Position numbers and translations under genes: made by a program. Positions 8,854 to 16,774 of a stretch of 64,000 nucleotides of DNA are shown here, in pieces; position 1 is the stretch's first letter; each line of letters starts with the position of its first letter. A model generated the notes under the pieces. That model did no database searches, had not been told where the DNA came from, and saw only the letters and a program-made list of their open reading frames with translations. Source of the DNA: a virus; the IMG/VR virus record IMGVR_UViG_3300045996_002640, positions 1-64,000 of that record; one strand, 5' to 3'.

Positions 8854-9357
8854 CTATTCGACTGGGGGCTCGGTCGATTTTTGGACCTTGAAGAGCGGCG
8901 ACTTTCGCCAGGCCTCGCCCGCGTCGGGTTCTTCGCCGAGGGTCTCGTAGAGCGCGCGCGCCGCCTTGCCGACCGTCTCGAGGTCGAGCCCGCGAAGAAT
9001 GAGCTCGAAGCCTCCGTCCGCCTCGTCGTACCGGCAATAGGTGTGGCGGACGCCGCGGGTGATCTCGCTCGCCATGATCCGGTTGGCTTCGTGCGCTTGC
9101 TCGCGCGCCTGAGCCTCGTTCTTCTCGCGAGCTCGCTCGATCAAGAGCTCGGCCGCCTTGGCCGGCGTCGTGACCTTGCGACGAGCCTTGCCGGTGCCTG
9201 AGCGGAACACGCCATCTGCGAAATCGAAGTCGAGCCGGCGCACCAAGCGGCCGCTGATTCGAGCGTCCTCGGGGTACTTGCCCTCGACCACCGCGCCTAG
9301 GGTTGCCGCGCGCGTGAGCGCCTCGGTCATGAAATGAACTTCGTCCAGAATCCGCAT
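8854..9357 (-). CDS. hypothetical protein
   Basis: 167 aa; GGAGG RBS; the stop abuts the -35 of the next repeat. Confidence 0.75.
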   Translation of the reverse strand: MRILDEVHFMTEALTRAATLGAVVEGKYPEDARISGRLVRRLDFDFADGVFRSGTGKARRKVTTPAKAAELLIERAREKNEAQAREQAHEANRIMASEITRGVRHTYCRYDEADGGFELILRGLDLETVGKAARALYETLGEEPDAGEAWRKSPLFKVQKSTEPPVE

Positions 9358-9421
9358 CGGGTCCTCCTACGGCCCGAAGCCCGCCGAGCTCTCGCCGGGC
9401 GGGCCGTTGGGCTCGCGCGTC

Positions 9422-9619
9422 TCAATTGCTGAGGCCGGCGAGGTTCCGGTCGATGATGTGGGTCCCGTAGAGCGGGCTCCAGCTCGCGGCGAGCTCGCCA
9501 TTCGCGGTCTCGATCCGCGCTTCGTAGCCGCGCTTCTTGGCAGCCTTGATCGCGCTCGCGAACGTCTCGGCCTGGATCGGCTGGTGAAAGTCGAAGTTCT
9601 GGCTCTTCACTACGAACAT
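9422..9619 (-). CDS. cassette-encoded small protein
   Basis: AAGGAG RBS after the partial leader repeat near 9645. Confidence 0.75.
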   Translation of the reverse strand: MFVVKSQNFDFHQPIQAETFASAIKAAKKRGYEARIETANGELAASWSPLYGTHIIDRNLAGLSN

Positions 9620-9840
9620 GCTGGGCTCCTTGCCTTTCGAACCGGGCCCGCCTTGGACCCCGGTACCGCCTAAGGCCCGGGTCCGCGCGTCCGCGGCCCG
9701 AGCCCTTGCCTCGGTTGTTCGCCCCTGCGCTGGCTTCCCCGAGGCTTCGGGGCCGGCGCTTACGTTGGCGATCTCAGTCTATCGTGGGTGAGCTCCTTGC
9801 TCGCCGGGCGGCCGCCTTGGCCGTCCTGACAAGTGAGACC

Positions 9841-10434
9841 TTAGTGCCAGGCTGGCACCATTGCAACTCCTTCGTTCGCTTTTTTCTCGAAGGCCTGGTT
9901 TCGCCGGATTACCGCGAGAACCCGCTCGTAGGTCCCGAGCCTCATCTCGGTCTGATCGAACTTGGCGTCGCATCGCCCGCGCGCGTACCCGATGATCGAG
10001 CCGCGAGCCGAGCCGCAGCGCCTGTGCGCCTCGCTGACGCGCTCCGCCGCGAGCAGGGCGGCGTTCGTGGTGGGCCCGAGCTCGAGCCCGGACAAGCCAG
10101 CCCAGGCCTCGGCGCTGAGCCTTCCCTGCTTGAGCTGCCAGACCGAGCGCGAGGTCCAGACGATCAAGCCACGCCGGCGCGAGGGATCACATTCGTCCTT
10201 TGCGCACTGGCCCGCATGGACGCGCCGGTTGAACCGGCTCTCCCACATCCCTTGCATCACCAGGAACGCGGCGAGCTCCTCAGGCGAGCGCTTCCAACTC
10301 GGGGTCTGGTGCGCCGCGGTCGTAATCGCGATTGCGATCGTGGTCATTCGCTCGTGCCGCCCGACCTCGGCCTTGTCTTGGTACCAGGGTTCGAGCGCGA
10401 GCAGCACAGTGAGAACGGCTTCGACGAAAGTCAT
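9841..10434 (-). CDS. exported lysozyme-fold / lytic transglycosylase-like protein
   Basis: Hydrophobic N-terminus; WESRF and SVWQL segments resemble the SLT catalytic Glu motif and motif II. Confidence 0.55.
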   Translation of the reverse strand: MTFVEAVLTVLLALEPWYQDKAEVGRHERMTTIAIAITTAAHQTPSWKRSPEELAAFLVMQGMWESRFNRRVHAGQCAKDECDPSRRRGLIVWTSRSVWQLKQGRLSAEAWAGLSGLELGPTTNAALLAAERVSEAHRRCGSARGSIIGYARGRCDAKFDQTEMRLGTYERVLAVIRRNQAFEKKANEGVAMVPAWH

Positions 10435-10811
10435 GGGCTCGAGCTCGTAGCATGCTGAGGCACCTCGGGTAGCGAGATCGCTTTCACGCACACCACTTCC
10501 CAGCCGAAACCAAGAACCGGAGTCCCTCCGTTCCGTCGACACGCGGGCATCAAGAATGCCTTTCGTCGCTCGATCTCGTCAGTCTCGGCTTTCGCTTTTG
10601 CCGAGCTCGCATTCAGCTTCTCGATCGACTGATCGAGCGAGTGGTTCGCCTTCTCGAGCTCAGCCTCCAGCGCGCGCCGCGAGCGCTGGTACTCGGCTTC
10701 CGAAGCCAGGTACTCGGGGCTCGGCTCGGTAAGCATCTCGCCCGCCATCCATCCGACGATCACCATCGCCGCCGCTGCGCCAATCCAGATCACCACGTTT
10801 TCGCCGTTCAT
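10431..10811 (-). CDS. membrane-anchored coiled-coil protein
   Basis: N-terminal TM helix, coiled coil, C-terminal Cys pair. Confidence 0.7.
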   Translation of the reverse strand: MNGENVVIWIGAAAAMVIVGWMAGEMLTEPSPEYLASEAEYQRSRRALEAELEKANHSLDQSIEKLNASSAKAKAETDEIERRKAFLMPACRRNGGTPVLGFGWEVVCVKAISLPEVPQHATSSSP

Positions 10812-11026
10812 TCTTCCGACCCTTCTCGTCTCGGTAGTTTCGCCACGTCGTTCACCGGCACGCCGCGTCGGCGCACCTCATCGGCTGCGTCATCGAGCCT
10901 CGGGTGCCAGCCGGTCTGCACCGCGTGGCCATCGACCACGATCCGGAACTCGGTCCGGTACCGATGGCCTGAGGACCAGGGGTCCGGGTGAGCTGTCGTC
11001 ACCCGGTATTCGACCACCGGATTCAT
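10808..11026 (-). CDS. small hypothetical protein
   Basis: ATGA-coupled on both sides. Confidence 0.6.
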   Translation of the reverse strand: MNPVVEYRVTTAHPDPWSSGHRYRTEFRIVVDGHAVQTGWHPRLDDAADEVRRRGVPVNDVAKLPRREGSEE

Positions 11027-12186
11027 CGCGAGCGGGCCTCCCACATCTTGCGGGCCGCCGCGAGCCAGCGCGCGCGTTCGTCCTTGCCCTTGGGCATCGG
11101 CGAGATCTCGGCGACCTGGAGCAAGAACTCGGAGAAGCCGTCGAGCTCGCTCGCCTCAGGAGCAGGCGCTGGTGATGGCGCGGGGGTTGGCGCCGGCGGA
11201 GGCTCGGGCGCTGGCGGGGGGATCGGAGGCTGCGCCGGCGGAGGCTCGGGCGGAAGCATCGGCACGCGAGTCTCGGCGACCACCTCAGGCGCTGAGCGCG
11301 CGATCGGGACGCCGCCGGCGAGCGCGCTATCCCGGAACCGGATCAGCATCTCGAGCGGCGTCGCTGGCGAGAGCTTCGCGAATTCGATCAGCGTGCGGTC
11401 CGAGGGGAGCGAGAGGCCGAGCTCGATCAGGGAGACCGCCGATTGATTCGGCACGTCTGGACCGAGGAGCTCGGCGAACTCGTGTTGGTAGAACCCGCCG
11501 GTGATCCTGACCATTTTGAAGAGAGATCCGATCTGAGTCGGCACGCGCTGGTACCGCGTGCGCGTTGCGATCGGTGGGCTCTTGCGAGTTGGCTTCGAGG
11601 GCTCGGCTTTCTTGAAGAGCGCACCACCCGCGCGATCGTCAGCCTCGGTGTACTCGGGCTCGATCTCGGCGATGGCCTCGGCGAGGGTGAGCGTCGGAAC
11701 CGTGGACAGTTTCTGGACGACCGCGACCGGCGGGCTCGGCGCGGGCTCGATCACCGGCGCGCGCGGCGGCTTGGTTGGCTTCTGGAAGGGGTATGGCACA
11801 GGCGCCGGCGAGCGATCGGCCTGGACCGGCTCAGGCTTCGGCGCAGGCTTCTTGGGCAAGGGCGGGGCCTTTGCCGGCTCGGGTGCGATGGCGAGCGGCT
11901 CGACCACGCGGAGCTCGGCTTTCTTCTTCTCGAGCTCGGTCCCGATCGCATCGCCCAAGGTCGCGTTCGGCGAGCTCCGGCGCGGGATCCTGACCACATC
12001 GGTGATGTCGTTCCAGCGGTAGAAATCGACCTTGCCGTTGTCCGAGGTCCGGACCATCGCGCCTTTATGCCCGAGCACCGTCACGATCTCGCCATCGACC
12101 GATTTTGGCGTGGTCTGGTTCCGGAACTTGCGCCGGACCGAGACCTTGCGACCAGGCGAAGGGAGGTCGTTCAGTTTCGGTCTCAT
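11023..12186 (-). CDS. XRE/Cro-CI-type HTH regulator with Pro-rich linkers
   Basis: IGSLFKMVRITGGFYQHEFAELLG...NQSAVSLIELGLSLPSDRTLIEFA matches the HTH_3 pattern. Confidence 0.8.
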   Translation of the reverse strand: MRPKLNDLPSPGRKVSVRRKFRNQTTPKSVDGEIVTVLGHKGAMVRTSDNGKVDFYRWNDITDVVRIPRRSSPNATLGDAIGTELEKKKAELRVVEPLAIAPEPAKAPPLPKKPAPKPEPVQADRSPAPVPYPFQKPTKPPRAPVIEPAPSPPVAVVQKLSTVPTLTLAEAIAEIEPEYTEADDRAGGALFKKAEPSKPTRKSPPIATRTRYQRVPTQIGSLFKMVRITGGFYQHEFAELLGPDVPNQSAVSLIELGLSLPSDRTLIEFAKLSPATPLEMLIRFRDSALAGGVPIARSAPEVVAETRVPMLPPEPPPAQPPIPPPAPEPPPAPTPAPSPAPAPEASELDGFSEFLLQVAEISPMPKGKDERARWLAAARKMWEARSR

Positions 12187-12677
12187 GACGCCTCCGCGCT
12201 GAGGAGCAAGTAGACCCGGTGCTTGGCGATCGGGTGCGCGAGGCGCACGACAACCGCGGTGAAATGGAAAGGGTCGCCGTCGGGGTCCCGCTGCGACGCG
12301 CGGACGATTCCCTCGATCTCGATCTCGGTGTTCGGGGGCCTGAGCGCGTTCGGTTCGAGCTCGTCAATCGCATGCGCTGCCGCGTCCTGAGTCAGGAACG
12401 CCGAGGCGTGCGGCGCCTTGCGCTTCTCGAGCTTGGTGTGAGCGTACTCGGCGTCGCCCTCTTGGAGGATCGAGAACGACTTTGCACCAGCGCGAAGCCC
12501 GCGCGCCGCATGGATGGACCGCCCAAGAAGCTCGGCGAGCTGGACGAGTAGATCGTCCGCGTACTCGTAGCCCTCGCGCGCCGCGCGCCGGATACCTTCC
12601 TCGTGCCACACGGTCTCGACCCAGCGATCGAGCGCGCGCGATTGAATGGTGGGGGTGTTCGTGGGTTGCGGGTTCAT
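12183..12677 (-). CDS. hypothetical protein
   Basis: 164-aa coupled ORF. Confidence 0.7.
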   Translation of the reverse strand: MNPQPTNTPTIQSRALDRWVETVWHEEGIRRAAREGYEYADDLLVQLAELLGRSIHAARGLRAGAKSFSILQEGDAEYAHTKLEKRKAPHASAFLTQDAAAHAIDELEPNALRPPNTEIEIEGIVRASQRDPDGDPFHFTAVVVRLAHPIAKHRVYLLLSAEAS

Positions 12678-12856
12678 GATTCCTCGGTCTCCTCTTCGTA
12701 GCGGCCAGGGACAACGATCTCGACCAGCAAGCCGTCCGCGCGCTGGTGAAGCGCTCGGTGGTTGCCGAGCTTCGTGGGTTCGAGCACCGCAAGCTCGCGG
12801 CGCTGAGCGGTCTGCTTCGCCTTGCCGCGGTAAAGGGTGCGCTTGGTTTCGTTCAT
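12674..12856 (-). CDS. cassette-encoded small protein
   Basis: AAGGAG RBS after the repeat at 12880. Confidence 0.7.
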   Translation of the reverse strand: MNETKRTLYRGKAKQTAQRRELAVLEPTKLGNHRALHQRADGLLVEIVVPGRYEEETEES

Positions 12857-13032
12857 CGGCGAGCTCCTTGCTCGTGGCGGGCCGCCTTGGCGCCGCTCAC
12901 ATCCCTACTCTTAGTGCCAGGCTGGCATTAGAGCAACCGAAATCGGTTCAAAAAGAAGGGCCCCCGGGACCTGCCCGGAAGCCCTGAGAAAGGGGGCCGA
13001 GCCCAGCAGCGGCCGGCCCCCCTGGGTAGATT

Positions 13033-13461
13033 TCAGCCGCCGGCGACCGCGAGGATCTCGCCGAGCAGCTTGTAGACCAGGCGCTTGGCGTCGAGCTCGC
13101 AGAGATGCGCGAGGTTCGCGGCCATGCTGGTCGAGGTCTCGGACCAGGCGCCCTGCCCGAGGACGCGCTCCTCGATATTCCGGCGGTACTCCTTGGCGAC
13201 CTGGGTGGTGATGTCGAGGACCATCTCCTCGCTCAGCGCCTCGGCGTCGACCGTGCGCTCGGTGATGTCCTGGATATCGGCTCGGATGTTATGAATCAGC
13301 TCGAGAACCGATTCGGCCGCCAGCGCGTCCTTCAAGTACCATTCGACCGAGCGCTTGAGCATGCGAGCGTTTGCGGCGTTCGAGGTGAACTCCTGGATCT
13401 TGTTTCCCGCCTCGATCGCCTTGGTCGCGAACATGTGCTCAATCAATTCAGACTTCTTCAT
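13033..13461 (-). CDS. cassette-encoded hypothetical protein
   Basis: AAGGAG RBS after the repeat at 13485. Confidence 0.8.
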   Translation of the reverse strand: MKKSELIEHMFATKAIEAGNKIQEFTSNAANARMLKRSVEWYLKDALAAESVLELIHNIRADIQDITERTVDAEALSEEMVLDITTQVAKEYRRNIEERVLGQGAWSETSTSMAANLAHLCELDAKRLVYKLLGEILAVAGG

Positions 13462-13564
13462 GGTGGGGCTCCTTGCCTGTCGGGGGCCGCCTTGGCCTCC
13501 CTGACAAGAAACACCTTAGTGCCTACCTGGCACCAATGCAACCAATTCGTTCGCGAATCGACAG

Positions 13565-14479
13565 TCAGACGATCCGGCCGAGATCCTGCTCCAGCTCAGC
13601 GAACGCCGCCGCGCCGAGGGCCTCGCGCAGGTTCCCTTCCGAGCTCGCCGAGCGGGTGCGGGCCGCCGGCGTCCGGCCTTGCAGGGCCTGGGTCGCCACC
13701 GGAAGCATGGTTGCGAACAAGCGCTTAACGCCTCGGACGTACAAGTCCTTCGAGGCCGTGTAGTAACCCGCGCGGCCGAGCTCGAGAGCGAAGGCCTCGG
13801 CGTCACCGGCGACTGCGGCGCTCCAACTCGCCGCGTACCGATTGTGGCCGTCGCCATCCGAGTCGACCGCGAGGAATCGAACCACGTCGACAGCGCCATC
13901 CGCGGCGCTCGCGAACGCGCGAAAGTGAGTCTGGACGTGCGGGGGGTCGAACCACACCTCTTTGCCGCCGATGATCTCGGAGCAGCGGAACATGGTCTTG
14001 AGACCACGCCATCCCTTGCCGGCCTTCACGTTGCCGAAATTGAAGTTCCAGATCGCGGTCCAGTTACCCGTCTCGAGCGCGCTCTGCGCGAGCAAGCACG
14101 CGAGCATTGCCGGGCTCGGCGGGTCGCCGGTCACTCGCTCGACCGCCTCGATGAACGCGAGCGCCGCCTGCGCTTTGCTGAGCGGGGTCTTCGCCGCGGG
14201 TACGAAGCCGGTCGCCGGGAGCGCGATCGTCGCGACCGGGGTCTCGAACACCTTGCGCGTGATCGGACCGACGATCCCGTCTTGCTTGAGGCCGTGCGCG
14301 CGCTGCAGCTTCTTGACCGCGTACTCAGTCTCGGCGTCGAAGAGGCCGTCGATATTCCCGGGCGTGTACCCGCGCTCGATCAGCGCGTGTTCGAGCGCCG
14401 CGATATCGGGCCCGTTCATGAAGATTCGTAGGACAGAGCGCCAGGTCGAGGGATCGGCGTACGCGGCAGCGGTGGTCAC
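13565..14479 (-). CDS. endolysin: peptidoglycan-binding domain plus GH73-like glucosaminidase
   Basis: DGLFDAETEYAVKKLQRAHGLKQDGIVGPIT (PG_binding_1); LAQSALETG, NFNFGNVK, FRAF and GYYT motifs. Confidence 0.9.
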   Translation of the reverse strand: MTTAAAYADPSTWRSVLRIFMNGPDIAALEHALIERGYTPGNIDGLFDAETEYAVKKLQRAHGLKQDGIVGPITRKVFETPVATIALPATGFVPAAKTPLSKAQAALAFIEAVERVTGDPPSPAMLACLLAQSALETGNWTAIWNFNFGNVKAGKGWRGLKTMFRCSEIIGGKEVWFDPPHVQTHFRAFASAADGAVDVVRFLAVDSDGDGHNRYAASWSAAVAGDAEAFALELGRAGYYTASKDLYVRGVKRLFATMLPVATQALQGRTPAARTRSASSEGNLREALGAAAFAELEQDLGRIV

Positions 14480-14491
14480 GCGCCGAGCATG

Positions 14492-15160
14492 TCACTCGGG
14501 CGTACGCTTCGGCAAGTCTGGACACGCCTTTCGACTCTTCCAAGTCGGAGCGCTGACGCGAGACTTCGGCTTCGTTGGGTCCTCGAGCGAGCCCGCCTCC
14601 CACACGATCTGGATCTCGCGTGCCTCGGCGAAGTCGGCGTCCCAGCCTTGCCGCTTCGCCTGATCGGCGAGCACCAACACGCGGCACGCGAGCGCTGCAG
14701 TCCGCATCTCTTCACGCTCGAGCCGCTCGAGTAGCTTTGCCCGCGCGTCACTCTGCGCCTTGTCCTTGGCCTGAATGTCCGCGCGAATCCCGTCGAGTGA
14801 CGGAGCGAGGAGCCGCTCCATCCCGAGACTTCCGATTGCCGTGCCGGCGCCGCCGCTCAGGATGAACGGCAGCAGGAACTTCGCGAGCGCCGGTGCACGC
14901 GTTCGCACCACCTTGCCGAGCTCGCGGTCTGCCTCGGCGTGGATCGAGACCGGCGATTGCTCGACCTTGGGCGCCCGACGCTGCTGCTCCGCTGCGATGA
15001 TCTGGAGCTCGCGGTCTCGGCGAGCGTCGTCCTCGAGCACGAGCGGATCGTCGTTGCTCCTGGACGGCATGCGCCCCCGAGGAGGGGGCACCACCGGCGT
15101 GTTGCGTTCGCTCTTGGTGGGCAAGGTCGCAGGGCCAGACCCTATCTCAAGATCGCGCAA
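14492..15160 (-). CDS. lysis-cassette membrane/coiled-coil protein (spanin- or holin-like)
   Basis: One TM segment followed by a coiled coil and two Cys; adjacent to the endolysin. Confidence 0.5.
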   Translation of the reverse strand: MRDLEIGSGPATLPTKSERNTPVVPPPRGRMPSRSNDDPLVLEDDARRDRELQIIAAEQQRRAPKVEQSPVSIHAEADRELGKVVRTRAPALAKFLLPFILSGGAGTAIGSLGMERLLAPSLDGIRADIQAKDKAQSDARAKLLERLEREEMRTAALACRVLVLADQAKRQGWDADFAEAREIQIVWEAGSLEDPTKPKSRVSAPTWKSRKACPDLPKRTPE

Positions 15161-15536
15161 GCTGCGCGACGAAGCGCGCGAGGTGTTGCAAATCGGCGCT
15201 CTTCGAAAAGACCGGATAGTCCGCGTCGAAGATCATTCTGCCAGTGCGGTGAGCGGTCACAAGTACTCGCCGAATCGCTGGCCACCGAGTGCCAACCGCC
15301 GCGAGCATGCGCGAACCGGCGAGCCCAGGCATTCGCTCGTCCGCGACGATGACCGAAGTCTCGTCAGCGCAGCCCTCGAGGAACGTCAGCGCGACGAGCG
15401 CGTTCGGTACCGGTACGACCTCGAGGCCTTGCTGCTGGAGCAAGCGAGCGAAGAGCACGCGGAACGCTTCATCGTCATCAACGAGGAGCGCGAGCCGGCG
15501 CGGAGTCTGGCTCAGCTGCTGGGTGTTGGGGGGCAT
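15147..15536 (-). CDS. stand-alone response-regulator receiver (CheY-like) protein
   Basis: LLVDDD, IVADERMPGLAG (phospho-acceptor Asp), VLVTA and FSK motifs. Confidence 0.9.
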   Translation of the reverse strand: MPPNTQQLSQTPRRLALLVDDDEAFRVLFARLLQQQGLEVVPVPNALVALTFLEGCADETSVIVADERMPGLAGSRMLAAVGTRWPAIRRVLVTAHRTGRMIFDADYPVFSKSADLQHLARFVAQLARS

Positions 15537-15951
15537 CGGGGTTCACCGCGTCGAAGGTTTCTTGGACGACCTTGGCGCTCTTGTTCACGATCTCATCGAT
15601 CCCGAACACCTTTTTGAAGGTCGACTCCGACTGAGACCGCAGGCCCGTGAGAACCTGGGTCATTGCCTCGAACTGCTCACCCAACTCTTCGAGACGCCGC
15701 AGGGCGTCAGAAAGCATCTCCCCCGAGATGGCGTTGTGCGCCTTCTGCTCGCCCTTGAACGAGACGAGCTCCCCGCGCAGCGTGATGATCTCGCCGCGAA
15801 CCGCCTCGATCTGCCCCTCGACCTTGGTGATCTGAGTCGCGACCTTCATCGCGACGTTCGCGCTCGAGCTCGCGATTGTGCGACCGAGATCGGTCTTCAG
15901 ATCGGAGAGGAGCGCGACGAGCTCCCCCTTCGTGATCGCCTCCCCACTCAT
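15478..15951 (-). CDS. coiled-coil protein
   Basis: Heptad-rich 157-aa coupled ORF. Confidence 0.7.
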   Translation of the reverse strand: MSGEAITKGELVALLSDLKTDLGRTIASSSANVAMKVATQITKVEGQIEAVRGEIITLRGELVSFKGEQKAHNAISGEMLSDALRRLEELGEQFEAMTQVLTGLRSQSESTFKKVFGIDEIVNKSAKVVQETFDAVNPDAPQHPAAEPDSAPARAPR

Positions 15952-16172
15952 CGCTTGGCTTTCGCGATCTTCGTAGCAGCCGCGCGGAATGCCCGCTTCG
16001 CACTGATCGAGACCAGCGCCTTTCGAGCAGCTTCCTCAGGGTCGTCCGACTCGACGATCGCATCCACGATCTGACCAACGAGTGACCCGATCGGCGCGAT
16101 GAGCGGAGTCGGGAGCTTCGCGAGCGAGCCCGCAATCCCGACGACCGTCTCGGCCGCCTTGCCCGGCTTCAC
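15948..16172 (-). CDS. small hypothetical protein
   Basis: GGAGGTG RBS and GTGA overlap. Confidence 0.65.
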   Translation of the reverse strand: MKPGKAAETVVGIAGSLAKLPTPLIAPIGSLVGQIVDAIVESDDPEEAARKALVSISAKRAFRAAATKIAKAKR

Positions 16173-16774
16173 TGGCACCTCCCGTCGATGCGAGCGTCGC
16201 AATCCTCATCCACGCCAGGGCAGACGTCGTTCTCGGTTGCATCGGGGCAAGCTTCGGCGCGCCGCAGCGAGCACTCGGCGATGATCGCGTTCAGCACCGC
16301 ATCATCGGGGCCGCAGCGACCGCCCGAGCACCCGAGCATGAGCAGCGCGATCATCGAGAGTGGCGCGACCTTCGTCGACAAGCCCTTGCCGACCTCGCCC
16401 TTGTACCGCTTCGAAGCCTTGTGGATCAGCGGCGCGGCGAGCCCATAGAGCGTGCCCTTGAGCGCGAGCCTCCAGTCGCCACCGGAGAGCAGCACCGGAA
16501 GCACGCCTCCGATCACCGCGCTCGGTACCGCTTGCACGAGCTCCTGCAGCGACTTGGCGATCCACCCAGATTCGTCGTCGACCGGGATGATGCGCGAGTA
16601 CGCGACCCACGACTTGGGCGCCCATTTGCGCCAGGCGTAGACCAGGTAGAACGCAGCGATCGAGAGCAGCGCCCACGGTAGCTCCGGGTCGACTCCGACG
16701 AGGAAGTTCAGCGCGTCGCGTAGCATGGGCCCAGGCCCTATCACTCGCGGCACAGATTCGTCTAGGGCCGCCAA
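16169..16774 (-). CDS. holin-like membrane protein with an internal lipobox and Cys-rich tail
   Basis: Several hydrophobic segments, then IALLMLGC; heads the lysis cassette. Confidence 0.5.
   Translation of the reverse strand: MAALDESVPRVIGPGPMLRDALNFLVGVDPELPWALLSIAAFYLVYAWRKWAPKSWVAYSRIIPVDDESGWIAKSLQELVQAVPSAVIGGVLPVLLSGGDWRLALKGTLYGLAAPLIHKASKRYKGEVGKGLSTKVAPLSMIALLMLGCSGGRCGPDDAVLNAIIAECSLRRAEACPDATENDVCPGVDEDCDARIDGRCQ

Larger units (their letters stand above)
7277..9411 (-). repeat. second intergenic repeat family: three ~45-bp GAGA-loop hairpins
   Basis: Copies at 7277-7314, 8521-8566 and 9367-9411 (CTACG[AG]CCC.AAGCCCG..G.GCTCTCGCC..GGGCCGT), each just upstream of a gene start. Confidence 0.8.
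3842..13542 (-). repeat. 12 dispersed copies of a 58-bp promoter/operator/leader repeat heading gene cassettes
   Basis: Copies at 3842-3899, 4827-4884, 5262-5319, 5583-5640, 5955-6012, 6411-6468, 7591-7648, 8171-8229, 8796-8853, 9810-9867, 12880-12937 and 13485-13542, plus a partial copy near 9645. Minus-strand consensus: GTTGCAA-TGGTGCCAGCCTGGCAC-TAAGGT-N7-GTCAG-N7-CCAAGGCGGCC. Confidence 0.95.

Noticed and set aside
3842-13542. 58-bp repeats as a CRISPR array or integron attC sites
   Set aside because: The intervals are 0.3-3 kb and contain genes. No cas or integron integrase gene is present, there is no RYYYAAC/GTTRRRY attC architecture, and the repeats fit a promoter consensus.
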